A stretch of DNA of 64,000 nucleotides from Adineta vaga. Lineage: Eukaryota > Animalia > Rotifera. Location of the stretch: NCBI GenBank assembly GCA_021613535.1, contig CP075492.1, positions 14,508,001 to 14,572,000 of the forward strand, in the 5' to 3' direction. The notes beneath the pieces were generated by a model. That model was not told the origin of the DNA. It ran no database searches and was given only the letters and a program-made list of their open reading frames with translations. The position numbers and the translations under genes were made by a program. Each line of letters begins with the position of its first letter. Within the stretch, counting starts at the first letter, position 1. Below, in pieces: positions 13,692 through 26,857 of the stretch.

Positions 13692-16600
13692 TTAAAGAAG
13701 ATAGAATGTTCCGATGAAATTAATGAATATGATCATCCATGAAATGGACAGAATATTACCAAAAGATGTTGTTGGTATAGAACTAATCACATGTATAACA
13801 AGTTCATGTGTTGACACGAGATTGTAGAGTGTATCTTGTGCACTAACACGTACAACTGTATTTAAATTTTCAGTAACATTTGCTGATGACCAATAGAAGA
13901 TTGCTGTTTCTGAGTTAAATATAGCAGAAGATGGACCTTGAACTAATGTATAAATAATATTTGTAGTATATGGACTAACTGCTGTAAAATTAATCGTTAC
14001 TGGAGTAGATGCTTGAACTGTAAGTATCAGTGGTAAAGCTGAATTAAATTCTGGTGGATAACGTTGATCTTCTTCGGCTTGAGCGATTGTATCAGCAACC
14101 AGTCTTGATGTTTGTCCAAGAGAAATATCATTTGTTACAGCAATATCATAGTAACATGTTTGTTGAGCAACAGTCCAAGTTGATCGATCAGTTGACGAAT
14201 CAATGCCACAAGCAGCAAGTGCTGTGCTTACTTGTGATGCTTGAGGTTCAGGTGACGTAAATGATGGTGTGAATTGAAGATTTTGATTTGTATAAAAGAC
14301 AGCTGAATCACCTGTTTCATAGTAGAAAAGTGAACGACTTGGATTAATTGCCCATGTTTGACCAAATTGTCGATGAATTTGTTCCATTGTAAGTGCACTT
14401 GCTTCACCAACAATAACCCCATTTTGTGAACGAAGATCATTTGCTGCATTGTTATCAAATAGACCAAGTAGACCAAATGTTCGATTTTGATGATTATTTG
14501 AAACTGAAATACCAAGATTGAGTATGAGACCATTTGATATTGAAACTGGTGTAATTTGAATACTAATTCCGACTGACCATGAAAGTGTAAGAGCATTATT
14601 TGTTCGATTTTTTTCTAAGATCATTTCGGGAAAGACGAGAACAAGTGAAGTATTTGATGAAATAGTGTTATCATTCGTCACATCAAGATCAAGTGTTTCA
14701 TTTCCACGTCGAACAATAATCATATTTCGTCGTGAAATTGTAATACTCATACTTTGAGCATCGGGATGATTGGATTTAGCTGCAAGACCACGAATAACGG
14801 TGACAGTATTACTTGTTGTACTGATAGGTGCAGTACGAATTTGAGAATTGAAAACGAGTGTTTGTGTTGATGGATTGAATGTGGTATTGATGGATTCTGC
14901 CATATCCGTAACTGCTAAATATGTATATTCTCCATAACCATTGAATGTATACGAAGTGCCATCTAAAGTAGTAAAATGGGGATCACCCCATGTGCCACCC
15001 CATGGATTTCGTGTATTACTGCCTCGACGTGGTGGTCGAAGATGGAAATATGTTTCACAATTGTCATAATTAGAATTGAAGAGACAACAGCCAAGATAAG
15101 GTAATATATCATCGAAGAAATGAAGAATCGGTAATATACCTGGTCGATAACGATCATCAGTTCCTGCACCAGTACCACGAGTAATTAATTGACCTTCGGC
15201 ATCATAACAACATTCAGCACCGGAATTGTCTTGATTCCATGTTGATGATACATAACAAGCAACTGCTGATGATTCATTATATGCTTCTCGACCACGATGA
15301 AGACCACAATTCGACGATGAATCATAACTATATTCTGAACATAATGGATCTGGTTCGTAACAACATCGTGCGATACGTGCTTGTGCTAAGGTTAACGGAC
15401 AAAATAGTAGATTTTCATTCCATGTTGATGGTTCCGGTTGCGCTGCTGACCATGTTTGCAATATGCGGATGTATCTGTAGTATTGTCAAATAAGACAAAT
15501 AAAGCTGAATTGAGACCAGCATAGATTTGATCAGTTTCAATATCACGTGCAACAATACGGAAAAAGATTGATTGTATATTAGTATTACCATGTGATGGAA
15601 TTGTTACAATTATTGATTGCATACCAGTGCTTGGAACAATATTTGATTGTAGAACGATGTGGCTATTTTGTAAAATACCTGTATTTGTTTCATTTAATGT
15701 AACATTCCACATTTGTACTTCAAGAAGAATGGTTTCATTTGGCCAAGTATTCATTGTTCTATCAGAGAAATACCATTGAAGAGTGATTTGACTTCCAACC
15801 GGTATAATTGGTTGTGTTTGATTAACAACGATCAGTTCACTATTTTCACTTGATATAATTCCGAATTCTGCACGTGTAAAGGTAAATGTATTTGGAAACA
15901 TTTCATATGTTAGACCACCATCAGTACTTAAATAAAAATTTGTAAATATTGGTAAAGGAACTGATGGAGTTAAGCAAATAGCTTGGAATTCATTAATAAC
16001 AATAGCATCAACTTCTAAAGTTTCTCCAAATCGGCATTTGACATTACCTTCAGTAGTATTTCCAAAGCATCGACCTTGAATGGTAATTGCTGTTGAACCA
16101 AGTTGCGAACCACGACGTGGTCGATATTGTATGGTTGAATTCTCGCCACATCCACCAAGAGTAACAGTATCAGTATCAATACGAAAGACGAATACACCAG
16201 GAACATTGACATTACTGATTTCTGTTAAACGAACTATATCAGCTGTACGAGAATATGGTAACAATTGAAAAATGATTCCATCACCAGCATTAAAACCAGC
16301 TTGACCTTGTCTACCATCTGTGAAATTGGAAACATATGGGCTGGCCCATTGTAAATCGTGATAAAGAATAAAAGCAAAACTACGTAGTTGATCTGTTACA
16401 AGTACAATTTGAAATGTATTTGTGAAATTGGTTTGCATAGAAAATGCTCCTACTCGATACCACGTGCCAGTGATAACCATTGTTGGAGTAAATAGTTGTT
16501 CACTAGGAAAGTATTGTCGAACATATGATGTTGCCGTCTCAAATACAGTAGTATTGCTTTCATTATTACTATAAATATGATAGTATACTTGATTACCAGA

Positions 16601-16981
16601 TGGAATGTAACCTCGTGTATCTATATCAGACCAAAAACCAGCAATAAGACGAAGATCATTGCTCAATGGAAATGGAACAGGTACGAATGTACTTATTGGT
16701 CCAAGAAAAGAAAAGAGACCATTATTTGCCAAATAGATTTGTCGATGATTATTATTGAAATATGGAAAGTTTTGTGGTAGAAGTAATGCATTTGTACTAC
16801 CATCATCATTGGGTGGAAAAAGTTGATCACCAGCTGATGATCCGAATGGAAAAAAATCTTCCAATGGAACACTAAATGCAACATTGATCATACACGAGAC
16901 GACGAATAATATTTTGAAAAACATTTTCATCATTCTGTAATGTAAAACTGTGCTATCGAATGATTGCTCGATTGAAATCAC
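13692..16981 (-). CDS. SUSD2/Mesh/MUC4-like NIDO-IPT/TIG-AMOP-VWD cell-surface protein, split by a single frameshift near 15458
   Basis: Signal peptide; NIDO (FFPFG, NTFQIVLVTD, SNVNVPGVFVFRID); TIG (GSTAITIQGRCF); AMOP (GAECCYDAEGQL); VWD (GTWGDPHFTTLDG..YTFNGYGEY); hydrophobic tail; the two ORFs join as DTSAYC-QTWSAAQP if one base is restored; likely start is the MMKMFF Met. Confidence 0.85.
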
Positions 16982-17442
16982 AGACTGTTTATATACTGGA
17001 GCGCGTTTGTTGCTCGATGCATCATTTCTTCAAGTTGTATAGCAACAAGTTGTGAATTAAAAAATATCATACACGACAAACAGCAAGTGAAAACATTTTG
17101 TTTTCTTTGGGTTACCCCGAATGAATACAATGCCGAAACACAAATATGAAAATAAATCATGAATTAAATGAGTGCTTTTAAAATAAATCTGCATTTGTTA
17201 TCTTTGTTCTTGCGAATAATTTCGAAGTATAAAAAAGAAATAAATTATTCACAATGATTCACCAATCGTTTTAATAATTTCGATTCTTTAAAATAAACTT
17301 ATGCGTATGTGAAACAAGAACATATGACACTTTTAAAATGAAGATTTTAGAAGAGCAAATACTCCGTTTATCTTTATTATACTTTCATTTTTATCCTGAT
17401 TCTCATCAGAATATTAGAAATATATATTTCAAAATCTAACAG

Positions 17443-19782
17443 ATGAGCTTGTTTAAATTCTTAATCATAAATTTCTTCTTGCTTTTTCTATCGATGAAAT
17501 GTGATTCATCTATGCTATGGTTACATGTTGTGCAACCAAATTTGACTCGAGGTTTATTTTTCATATAATGTTGAACATAACTTTATCAAATTGACTAATT
17601 TATTCTTCTCTCGACAGGTCATTATGGTTATATTGCTGATGAATATGAACGTCATGTTATATTACGTGGTGTAAATGTTGAAACAGAACAAAGAAATATT
17701 CCTGATGATCAAGATCGACCGATTGATCCTTCGTTATATAAAGGAGAATGTCCAGTGAATAAAGTTGTTTATCAAGAACCACCTACATGTGGAATAGATT
17801 ATGGTAAAGGAATGTATAATATAAGTGATGATTGGAATAGTCATAATGATTTTGCTCAAATAAGAAAATGGGGGTATGTAACTTTTAGTTTATTAATAAA
17901 AGAAATTTTTCTTTTCGATGTCTTCGATAGTTTTAATGTTATTCGATTATGTTTAAGTTGGAGTGCATTAGAACCAACACCAGGAAATTATAGTGAAATG
18001 TATTTACAACGTGTTGAACAGGTATGTTGTGTCTATGTTTATCGATTAGAAATAAGAAAGATTAGTTTCTATAGATTGTTGAATGGGCAGCTGAACAACA
18101 AGTATATGTCATACTTGATATGCATGAAGATCTCTATTCTCGTTATATTATTGGTGATAGAGAACATGAAATTCCACCCTATTTAACTGCCTCTGATGGA
18201 CAAGATGGTGCACCACAATGGGCAGTTATGACTGATGATTGGCCGGCATTAGCTTTTTTTGGTATTGGTAATTTAAATTTAGCAATGATGAGAGCATTTG
18301 ATCATTTCTATAATAATTCAATTCCATCGAATATAACACAAGGAAATGCACCTGGACCTGGTTTACAAGATCATTACATTGGTGCAATAGCTGCCTTAGC
18401 AAAACGATTTGTTAATAATAGTGCAGTTTTAGGATATGAGGTATTTGATATTCTTATTAAAGATTGATATTCTTTGTTTCTTTTTTGAGTAGATTATGAA
18501 TGAACCTCAACCTGGTACTCATTCCGATCAATATACATTTTCAAGTGAATATTTATATCCATTCTATAAACGTGTTATTCAAGCAATTACAGGTGTTCGT
18601 GATAATTTACCTGATTGTCCAAAAGATGCTCCGACAGGAAAGAATTGTGCTTATACAAATTTAGGAATTAATGATAAACGTCATTTATTTTTTGTTGAAC
18701 CAACTGCTGTTCGAAATCTATTAGATTTCTCACCTCAACACTCTGAACCTTTCACATCTTATACCAATGTTGTCTATTCACCTCATGTTTATACACATGT
18801 ATTCACTATTGATAGTATTCTACATTTAAATCAATCAGAATATCCACCCTCATTCGAGTAGGATCTTTATTCTCTCTCTTTTTTTTTCATGTGAATATAT
18901 CTTAGAACATTATTTTAGTTACGCCTATGAAACAGCTTTGAATGAATCGATTGGTTTACAAACGGCAATTCTTGTAACGGAATTTGGTTGTGGTACGGAT
19001 GGAGATGAAACGTTATTAACACCAACGATAGATTCTCAAGATAAAGCAATGATATCTGCAGCAATATGGCCATGGAAAAACAACTGTTTCCAAGCTGGTT
19101 GTGAGACAAGTTGGAGTTTATATGATTCAGGCACATCAAATGGAACAGTCGCCAATCAAAATGGTCCCGAACGTCCAAATCGTGTTCGAATATTATCTCG
19201 TGTACATCCACGTGGTGTTGTGGGAGATTTAAAACAATACTTTTATAATACGACAACAGCCTCATTTTTTATGACTGTCAATTGTATAAATACAACCTTA
19301 TTATTATTTAGTAATGAGACAATAGTTTATATTCCAGCACGACTAAATAAATCAGTAATAAATGTAACTGGTGAAGCTGTAGTGAAAACTATTATTAATA
19401 ATCCGGATCAGAGTCGATTCGTTATTATTAATCCAACATGTAATGGATACTATAATTTCTTTGTTGCAAATACTATGAATGAAGTTAGCAATCTATATGA
19501 ACACATGTTCAGTAATGATTTATCAAAGACTAAATCCAAACAATCAGGAAGCAAAACATATGAATTATTTCATTTCTTACATGCCACTGCTGTTAAAATT
19601 GGTCACACCTTTGCTGCTACCGCTTCGAAATCCATCAATAAAGTAAACCTATAATTGCATGTTTAACTTATAGTTTTAATTTCTATGTTCGTTTTATCTA
19701 GTTTACAGCACTTCAAAAAGCTGTAGAAATCAATACAAAAAACATTCAATCACAGCTAGACAAATTTCATAATCAATTATAA
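17443..19782 (+). CDS. Secreted GH5 endoglycoceramidase-like glycoside hydrolase, multi-exon
   Basis: Signal peptide; VILRGVN; GFNVIRLCLSWSALEP; VILDMHEDLYS; acid/base GYEIMNEP; VYSPHVY; nucleophile LVTEFG; C-terminal LSRVHPRGVVG beta-domain. Confidence 0.88.
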
Positions 19783-20050
19783 ATTTTGTCGTAGTTATTC
19801 CACTCGAACATTTTTAAACGACCGAGAATAAAATATATCAATAAAACTTCCGTTTCTTGTTCTTTCGCATTATATTCTACTAGTTGTTAGCCATATAATC
19901 GAGAAGAAAAAAGGTCACATTACAAATTTGACTGAATCATTGAAATAAAAACATTTTTCTTTTGTTCTTATTAAACATTTACCCTTTTGTGTAAAGAACA
20001 CATTGCTTTTTGTGAAGATTAAAATCATATAACATTCTAAATATTATTTC

Positions 20051-21133
20051 ATGAGTGCTAGTACTCTCTATGAAGCCTGTCGAACTGGTGATATTCATAC
20101 AGTTCAACAACTACTTCCAACGCTTTCGATCAATGAAATCAATCAAATTGAATCGAATGGTAGTACATGTCTTCATGCAGCTGCTAGTTGTAATCATCCT
20201 CAAGTTGTTAAGGTTTTACTAAACAGTGGTGCAATTCGATCGATCATTGACAAAGATGGACATACTGCGATGCATGTGGCTGCTACAGAAGAAATTAAAA
20301 ATCTTTTTCCTCGATCATTTACCGCTTCTCACGCACGGTTTCTCACCGATATCAAGTCTGAACAGACGATCGAATGGATTTTGCTTAAAGATGGACAATA
20401 TGGGTGGTGGTATAAAAGCCAAATAGTTAATGAAGATGTTATCTTAGCTGTTGATCGAATCGTCGAGGATACGAGATTTTCTGTCACCGCGAGTACGCAC
20501 AAGACGGAATATTTTCTTAATAAAGCTCGACAAACACAAGATCCTAAATGGTTGATACAAGCTTACTCTTCTGAGACAGGACTCTATCAGGTAATTAATA
20601 GAGCCATGGCGGAGACAGCTTCTACTAGAATACCCTTCGATGCTACAGATGATTTCCGTGCATTTGCTGGTGTTTTGTCTCGTCATAGTGCTTTAAAACA
20701 ATATCGATATACTGGTAAATGTTATCGTGGAATGAAATTATCTAACGAAGATTTTCAGAAGAATTATAAAGTTGGTCAGAAACTCTTAGTCAAACCTTTT
20801 ATGTCAACATCGAAGTCACGTGCTATAGCCGAGCAATTTGCTACATCTGCGTTTGTTGAATCACGACTTCTGTCTATTGTATTTATCTATACAATTCCAG
20901 AATATACACTGTACTTTGATGACAGTGTTGCTCTTGATATTTCTCCAATTTCGGAATATCCACATGAAGAAGAGATACTGATTTTACCATATACTTCATT
21001 GATTATTGTCGCCATTAATAATTTACCATCGGGATTAATCGAAGTGGAATTTGGTTGGTATAGCGCTCGTGGAAATCCAGAGTACAAAAAGATGATACGA
21101 TCAATGAAAATTAACAAGATTATATGGATTTAA
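20051..21133 (+). CDS. Ankyrin repeat + ADP-ribosyltransferase (R-S-E class), copy 1
   Basis: ANK motifs GSTCLHAAA and GHTAMHVA; catalytic motifs CYRG, FMSTS, HEEEILILP. Confidence 0.9.
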   Translation: MSASTLYEACRTGDIHTVQQLLPTLSINEINQIESNGSTCLHAAASCNHPQVVKVLLNSGAIRSIIDKDGHTAMHVAATEEIKNLFPRSFTASHARFLTDIKSEQTIEWILLKDGQYGWWYKSQIVNEDVILAVDRIVEDTRFSVTASTHKTEYFLNKARQTQDPKWLIQAYSSETGLYQVINRAMAETASTRIPFDATDDFRAFAGVLSRHSALKQYRYTGKCYRGMKLSNEDFQKNYKVGQKLLVKPFMSTSKSRAIAEQFATSAFVESRLLSIVFIYTIPEYTLYFDDSVALDISPISEYPHEEEILILPYTSLIIVAINNLPSGLIEVEFGWYSARGNPEYKKMIRSMKINKIIWI

Positions 21134-21929
21134 TTGTAGATATTGTTAAACAAATAAATCGAAAAATGAACAATCTTCAGCAATTTTGATAATTTTTTTA
21201 TGGTGACGACGAGAGTGTAGATAGGAAGGGAAATAAAACTGTTTATTCTTTAGTCAGCCTTATCAATATTCATACTTACGCACACCGTTACTTTCAAGAA
21301 AGTGGTGCCTCACTGTATCTATTGGTATATCAGTACTTTCGAAAGAAGGTTTTGTAGGTAATTCTTGAAGATCCTCAAATATCTTACAAATGCGTATCTA
21401 TACAAATTTGATTCGTGACAATTTTTCATCTATTCGAACAAATTCTTACTCAGTCTGAAGAAAAATACTCGGTTTACTCAGGAGCGAATAAATCATATAA
21501 CAGTAACAGAGAGAATATGCATTTTTCTTATAATTATCTAAGATTCGTATATCGTTTGGCATTAAACTAAAGAAAAACTAAAATGAAAACTTCATAGTCT
21601 AATAGTGAAGTTTGTGCTCCGTGCATTTGTCTTAAAAATAAAAAACTACACAAAACCATTAAAAGTCACATCGCAGCCACTTTTTCATGAAAATCAACCT
21701 ATTTTCTCTCTGGTAACTATCGACGATAGAAGAAAAAAGAAGAAATCGTTAGAAAAGTTGACGCATTAAAGCATGGCGATCGTTTTGTTTTGTTTTGTTT
21801 CTTTGTAGCAACGGATCGATGAAAAACATGTTTTTCCTCTTTCCTTTCTATGAAACACGTGTTGTTTACGTAAAAAATTACCGTTTTTTAATCAAAACTT
21901 AAATTACAGTACATTTCAAGTATTAATCT

Positions 21930-22979
21930 ATGAGTGCTAGTACTTTATATGAAGCCTGTCGAACTGGTGATATTCATACAGTTCAACAATTACTTCCAAC
22001 GCTTTCGATCAATGAAATCAATCAAATTGAATCGAATGGCAGTACATGTCTTCATGCAGCTGCTAGTTGTAATCATCCTCAAGTTGTTAAGGTTTTACTA
22101 AACAGTGGTGCAATTCGATCGATCATTGACAAAGATGGACATACTGCGATGCATGTGGCTGCTACTGAAGAAATTAAAAATCTTTTTCCTCGAGCATCTG
22201 ATGCTATACAACAACGACTTGCTATTAGTATTACACCTGAACAAACGTTTGAATGGATTTCCGTTGACAATGGCCACTATGGATGGTGGTACAAAAATCG
22301 TGTAGTTAATGAAGATGTGACTCTTGCTGTTGTTCGTATTATGGAAGATGCTCGGTTTGCAGATGCTGCAAATAAGGATACTATGGACTATTTTCTCAAT
22401 AAAGCACGACGCACCCAAGATCCCAAATGGTTAATACAGGCTTATACAGCCGAAACTGGATTGTACCAAATAATCAACAAAGCATTTGCGCAAACTCTTA
22501 CTAACAGAGAATCATTCAATGCAAAAAATGATTTTCGTGCATTTGCTGGTGTTTTGTCTCGTCATAATGCCTTAAAACAATATCGATATACTGGTAAATG
22601 TTATCGTGGAATGAAATTATCTGACGAAGATTTTCAGAAGAATTATAAACTAGATCAACAACTTTTAATTAAACCTTTTATGTCAACATCGAAGTCACGT
22701 GCTATAGCCGAACAATTTGCTACATTTTCACGTGATGATACACGACCTTTGTCTGTTTTATTCATCTATACAGTACCAAAGTATACATTACAATTTGATG
22801 ACAATGTTGCTCTAGATATCTCTCCAATTTCAGAATATCCACATGAAGAAGAAGTGTTGATTTTACCATATACTTCATTAGAAATTCAAGCTATCAATCA
22901 TTTGCCATCAGGATTAATTGAAGTTGAATTTCATTGGTATAGTTTTCGTCGTCGTTTTGAGCACAAAAAGAAAACTTAG
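21930..22979 (+). CDS. Ankyrin repeat + ADP-ribosyltransferase (R-S-E class), copy 2
   Basis: First 88 aa identical to copy 1; CYRG, FMSTS, HEEEVLILP. Confidence 0.9.
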   Translation: MSASTLYEACRTGDIHTVQQLLPTLSINEINQIESNGSTCLHAAASCNHPQVVKVLLNSGAIRSIIDKDGHTAMHVAATEEIKNLFPRASDAIQQRLAISITPEQTFEWISVDNGHYGWWYKNRVVNEDVTLAVVRIMEDARFADAANKDTMDYFLNKARRTQDPKWLIQAYTAETGLYQIINKAFAQTLTNRESFNAKNDFRAFAGVLSRHNALKQYRYTGKCYRGMKLSDEDFQKNYKLDQQLLIKPFMSTSKSRAIAEQFATFSRDDTRPLSVLFIYTVPKYTLQFDDNVALDISPISEYPHEEEVLILPYTSLEIQAINHLPSGLIEVEFHWYSFRRRFEHKKKT

Positions 22980-23163
22980 TTGACAAAAAATGCTGATGAT
23001 ATTTAATATGATCTATAAGTTTTAATGGAATCAAATAAAACGATTAATATAATAACAAATTTTGTATCTATGATACATTTTAATGACATTTCCTATTTTA
23101 AAAGAAAACTTGTGTTTTAATCATATTTATTTTGAATGTGAACAAATGATTCTCAATAGACTT

Positions 23164-23737
23164 CTAACATGGATTATTATAAACAATATCCCAATGATCT
23201 TTTTCTCGTGCGTAAACATTTCCACTACCAGCTTTATACATAGGAGCTCCATCACCACGATTTCCAATAAATGGCCAACGACGAATATAATTATCAACAC
23301 ATGCATTCAAACTAATATCAATTTTATAACCATTCCAATGAGTAAAACCTGCACCATTACCATGACCAGTTTCCGTTGCTAGAAAAGTTAAATATTTAAT
23401 TTCTCTCATTATACGAAAATCTCATAACACAAACCTCCAGTAATAGTTACAGGACATCCACTACTTTGTTTAAAGATTTTAATACATTCAACAGCATTAC
23501 AGGTGATAGTATCAAGTGATGTACACAACGGATTGTTTCGATCAGAACAACCATTCGTTGACCAAATTCCGATACCTGCTCCTTGTACAGATGATGCAGC
23601 TTGTCCATGAGACATTCGACAAGCAGAAGCTTTTTTCGAAAAAGAAATAACGAATTAATTCAATATACAACAATCACATAACGAAATTTACCAGTGTTAA
23701 CTAACACAAGTGAAGCAACGATAAATCGGATAAACAT
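23164..23737 (-). CDS. Small secreted Hedgehog/DD-peptidase-fold (M15/LAS-like) protein, 3 exons
   Basis: Spliced product MFIRFIVASLVLVNT|ASACRMSHGQA...CSDRNNPLCTSLD...GCPVTITG|ATETGH...THWNGYKIDI...DHWDIVY; Hx6D and distal His zinc-ligand pattern; resembles an actinobacterial/fungal secreted family as recalled. Confidence 0.75.
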
Positions 23738-24514
23738 TTTTGTTTCTGTCGATAATACTGAATACTGATTCTTCTTCCACTTGTTTTTATAATTGATGAC
23801 AATGGCTTATGAGAATGGAATCAGTCCATTGCTTTCATGTGAAACAAAACAGATGACTTCAAGGCTTTTATTTTTAGTGAAGATATCAGCAAAAAAACGA
23901 CAAGTTCTTATTTAACTTTGGCACGCCTTTTTAAGTTTAGTAAATGATCGATATCGGGCATTTGAGTACTGCGAAGTAAAACACTTGCATACTCTTAATT
24001 TAATACACCTGCATTTTAGAGCAATCGACGAATGTTGTCTATCACACGGACTATAATCATCGATTCTCTTTTCATATTTTCAATTGCATAGAAGAAAACA
24101 AATACATATAGTTAGATAAGGAGATTGATAAAAAATCTCCGTTTTACATCCTTTCATACCATTAGAAACTATGTAGTTAAATATGTTGCTTATAATATTA
24201 TTCGGCCCACAATCAGTAAGAATAAATATAAAATGTGCAGTGGATATAGCAACATTACTTCAGTAGTAATGGCTAATCAATCCATCTTTCATTCTTAAAC
24301 TTGATACAAAAATAACATTTCAATGCAAAATCGTAACACAAAGGTTATTTCCTATGCCATCCACGCACGTGTTTATATATGAGTCATTGCAATTCTTACA
24401 TATACGTTTGATTCTTTCGTAAGTCATTATTTCACGCATTTCACAACCAACATATTTATATAGAATGGAACTAAGTTAAGATAAGAAAAAAAATCAAATA
24501 TAAATATTGAAGCA

Positions 24515-26432
24515 ATGGCTCAACTACCAACGGATCAAAATCAACAGGAAAATAACAATTCAATTTCATTAACCATGATTACAACAAAACTCAGAGGTTT
24601 AAATGTAAATGCAATGGAATTTATTACAAAAGACTTCGATAATACGAAAACAACAACAGTTAGTAAAACAAGTACGTCAACGACTTTGAAAGAAAAGAAA
24701 AATTCGATGATTAAACGAGACATTGTACGAAAGAAGGAATCGATCAATATTCTGTTCTGTGGTCATGTTAATGCTGGAAAATCAACTATCAGTGGTCAAC
24801 TTCTGTAATCTTGTTTTTTTCTCTCCTTTAAAATCAAATTCATTCTTCTATTGACTTCTGTTATAGATATCAGATGGGTCAAGTTGATCAACGAACTTTG
24901 GATAAACATCAAGCTGAAGCACGTGAAAAATCGTATGGATCATGTGTTTTGCACAACTGACAGATACAAATGAAGAAGAACGAGAGAGAGGAATAACTAT
25001 CGAAGTTGGTCGAGCGTGGTTTGAAACGGAGAAAAAGCATTTCATTATTCTTGATGCACCTGGTCATCGGCATTTCGTACCAAATATGATCGTTGGAGCA
25101 GCACAAGCTGATATTGCTATTCTAGTATTTGAAAAACTTTCATGATTGGTTTCATTTTTTGCATGATGATGAGGTTTGTTTTCTAGGTTATCTCAGCACG
25201 AAAAGGTGAATTTGAAACCGGTTTTGAACGTGATGGTCAAACACGTGAACATACACTGCTAGTTAAGACATCGGGTGTACGTTATTTAATTATTCTTATT
25301 AATAAAATGGATGATCCAACTGTTAAATGGAATCAGATAAGATATGATGAAATTAAAGATAAATTAACGAATTATTTGAAGAAATATGATTTTAAACCTG
25401 ATGAAAATACTATTTTTATACCTTCCAGTGGATTGACAGGAGATTTTCTTAAAAAACATCCTGGAGAAGAACTAGTACCTTGGTTTAAGTAAGTTTTTCT
25501 CTTAAATCGAGTGGTTGTATGAACGAATAATTCAATTCTTTTCTTCTATAGAGGACCAACTTTTATTGAATATCTGGATAATTTACCGTCACTTGATCGT
25601 AATATTGATGGTCCATTTCGTATGCCGATTGTTGAAAAATATAGAGTATGTTTGCATTGAATGACAATTGGCAAAATCGAATGTTTGTTTTGTTTTATTT
25701 TGAAAAAAAAAGGAAATGGGTATGATTATTATGGGTAAAATTGAATCGGGATGCTGTCGAGTTGGTGATCGATGTGTGATTATGCCAAATCGAACTCCTG
25801 TAGAAGTAACAAATATATATTATGAAGATATTGAAACTGATTCGTGTATCTGTGGAGAAAATGTTCGATTGAAATTGAAAAACGTTCAAGAAGAAGTTCG
25901 TATTTTTTGTTTGGTTCGATTCAATTCCATGATTTAAAATGTAATGCTATAGGGAATTTCACCTGGATTTATTTTGTGCGATGCAGAACAAGAATTATGT
26001 CATGTTGGAAAAGTATTTGACGTACAGGTGAATATTGCCAAAGACTGATCAAGTTTCTAAAAGACCAATAACATCATTGAATAATGTGTATTTATGATTT
26101 AGATCGCTTTTATTGAACACGAATCAATTGACCAATGCAAATCGCTCATCATTCGTGGTTATACAGCAGTTCTTCATATCTATGCTGCATCTGTAGATGT
26201 TCAACTACAAAGATTTATTGCATTGATTGACAGAAAAACAGGTGAAAGAACTCAAACAAATCCACTCTTTATCAGACCAGGCCAAGTTGCTATTGCTAGA
26301 TTTGAATTATCACAGACAGGTAAAGCAATATGTATGGAGCCATTCAAACATTTTCCTCAACTTGGTAGATTTACTTTACGTGAAAAAGATCGAACTGTTG
26401 CAGTTGGTAAAATTCTCAAAATAGTCAATTAA
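24515..26432 (+). CDS. Divergent eukaryotic release factor 3 (eRF3/GSPT/Sup35-like GTPase), multi-exon
   Basis: PAM2-like LNVNAMEF; GHVNAGKST; DAPGH; [13 protein letters not shown]; INKMDDPTV; SGLTG; C-terminal GRFTLR. Confidence 0.88.
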
Positions 26433-26857
26433 ACAACATTAAGCTTTCCTTTATTAGCACATTTCTGAAGATAAGAAAAATATGGGTGAGAGTGTGAGTC
26501 AAAGTAAAGATTCATATATGCTGTACATGCGTACACTCTCATCTACATTCCTAACCCCACACAACCTCACACACATACTTATCCATACCCTTCATCGAGA
26601 CTGATCCATCCTAAGAGTGTTAGTGAAGGTAAAAGATTCATCTGAAGCCTAAAATCCCTCACACACTCATCCTCAATGTTCAATTCAATGAATAATCTGC
26701 GAAATGTTTTTACTTATTTAATTAATAAAAATGCTTCTTATATCAATACTCTACGATCGATTCTATTTACTGAATAAGAAACATGTTAAGTTTGTTTTCT
26801 CTTTCTCTATCAATTGATTCCTCCGGATGCGTGATTGATTAGTTTTCAAAGTGTTAA

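Noticed and set aside
21270-21500. Orphan minus-strand exon-like fragment (EDLQELPTKPSF...)
   Set aside because: Contains stops and cannot be assigned or linked to a gene
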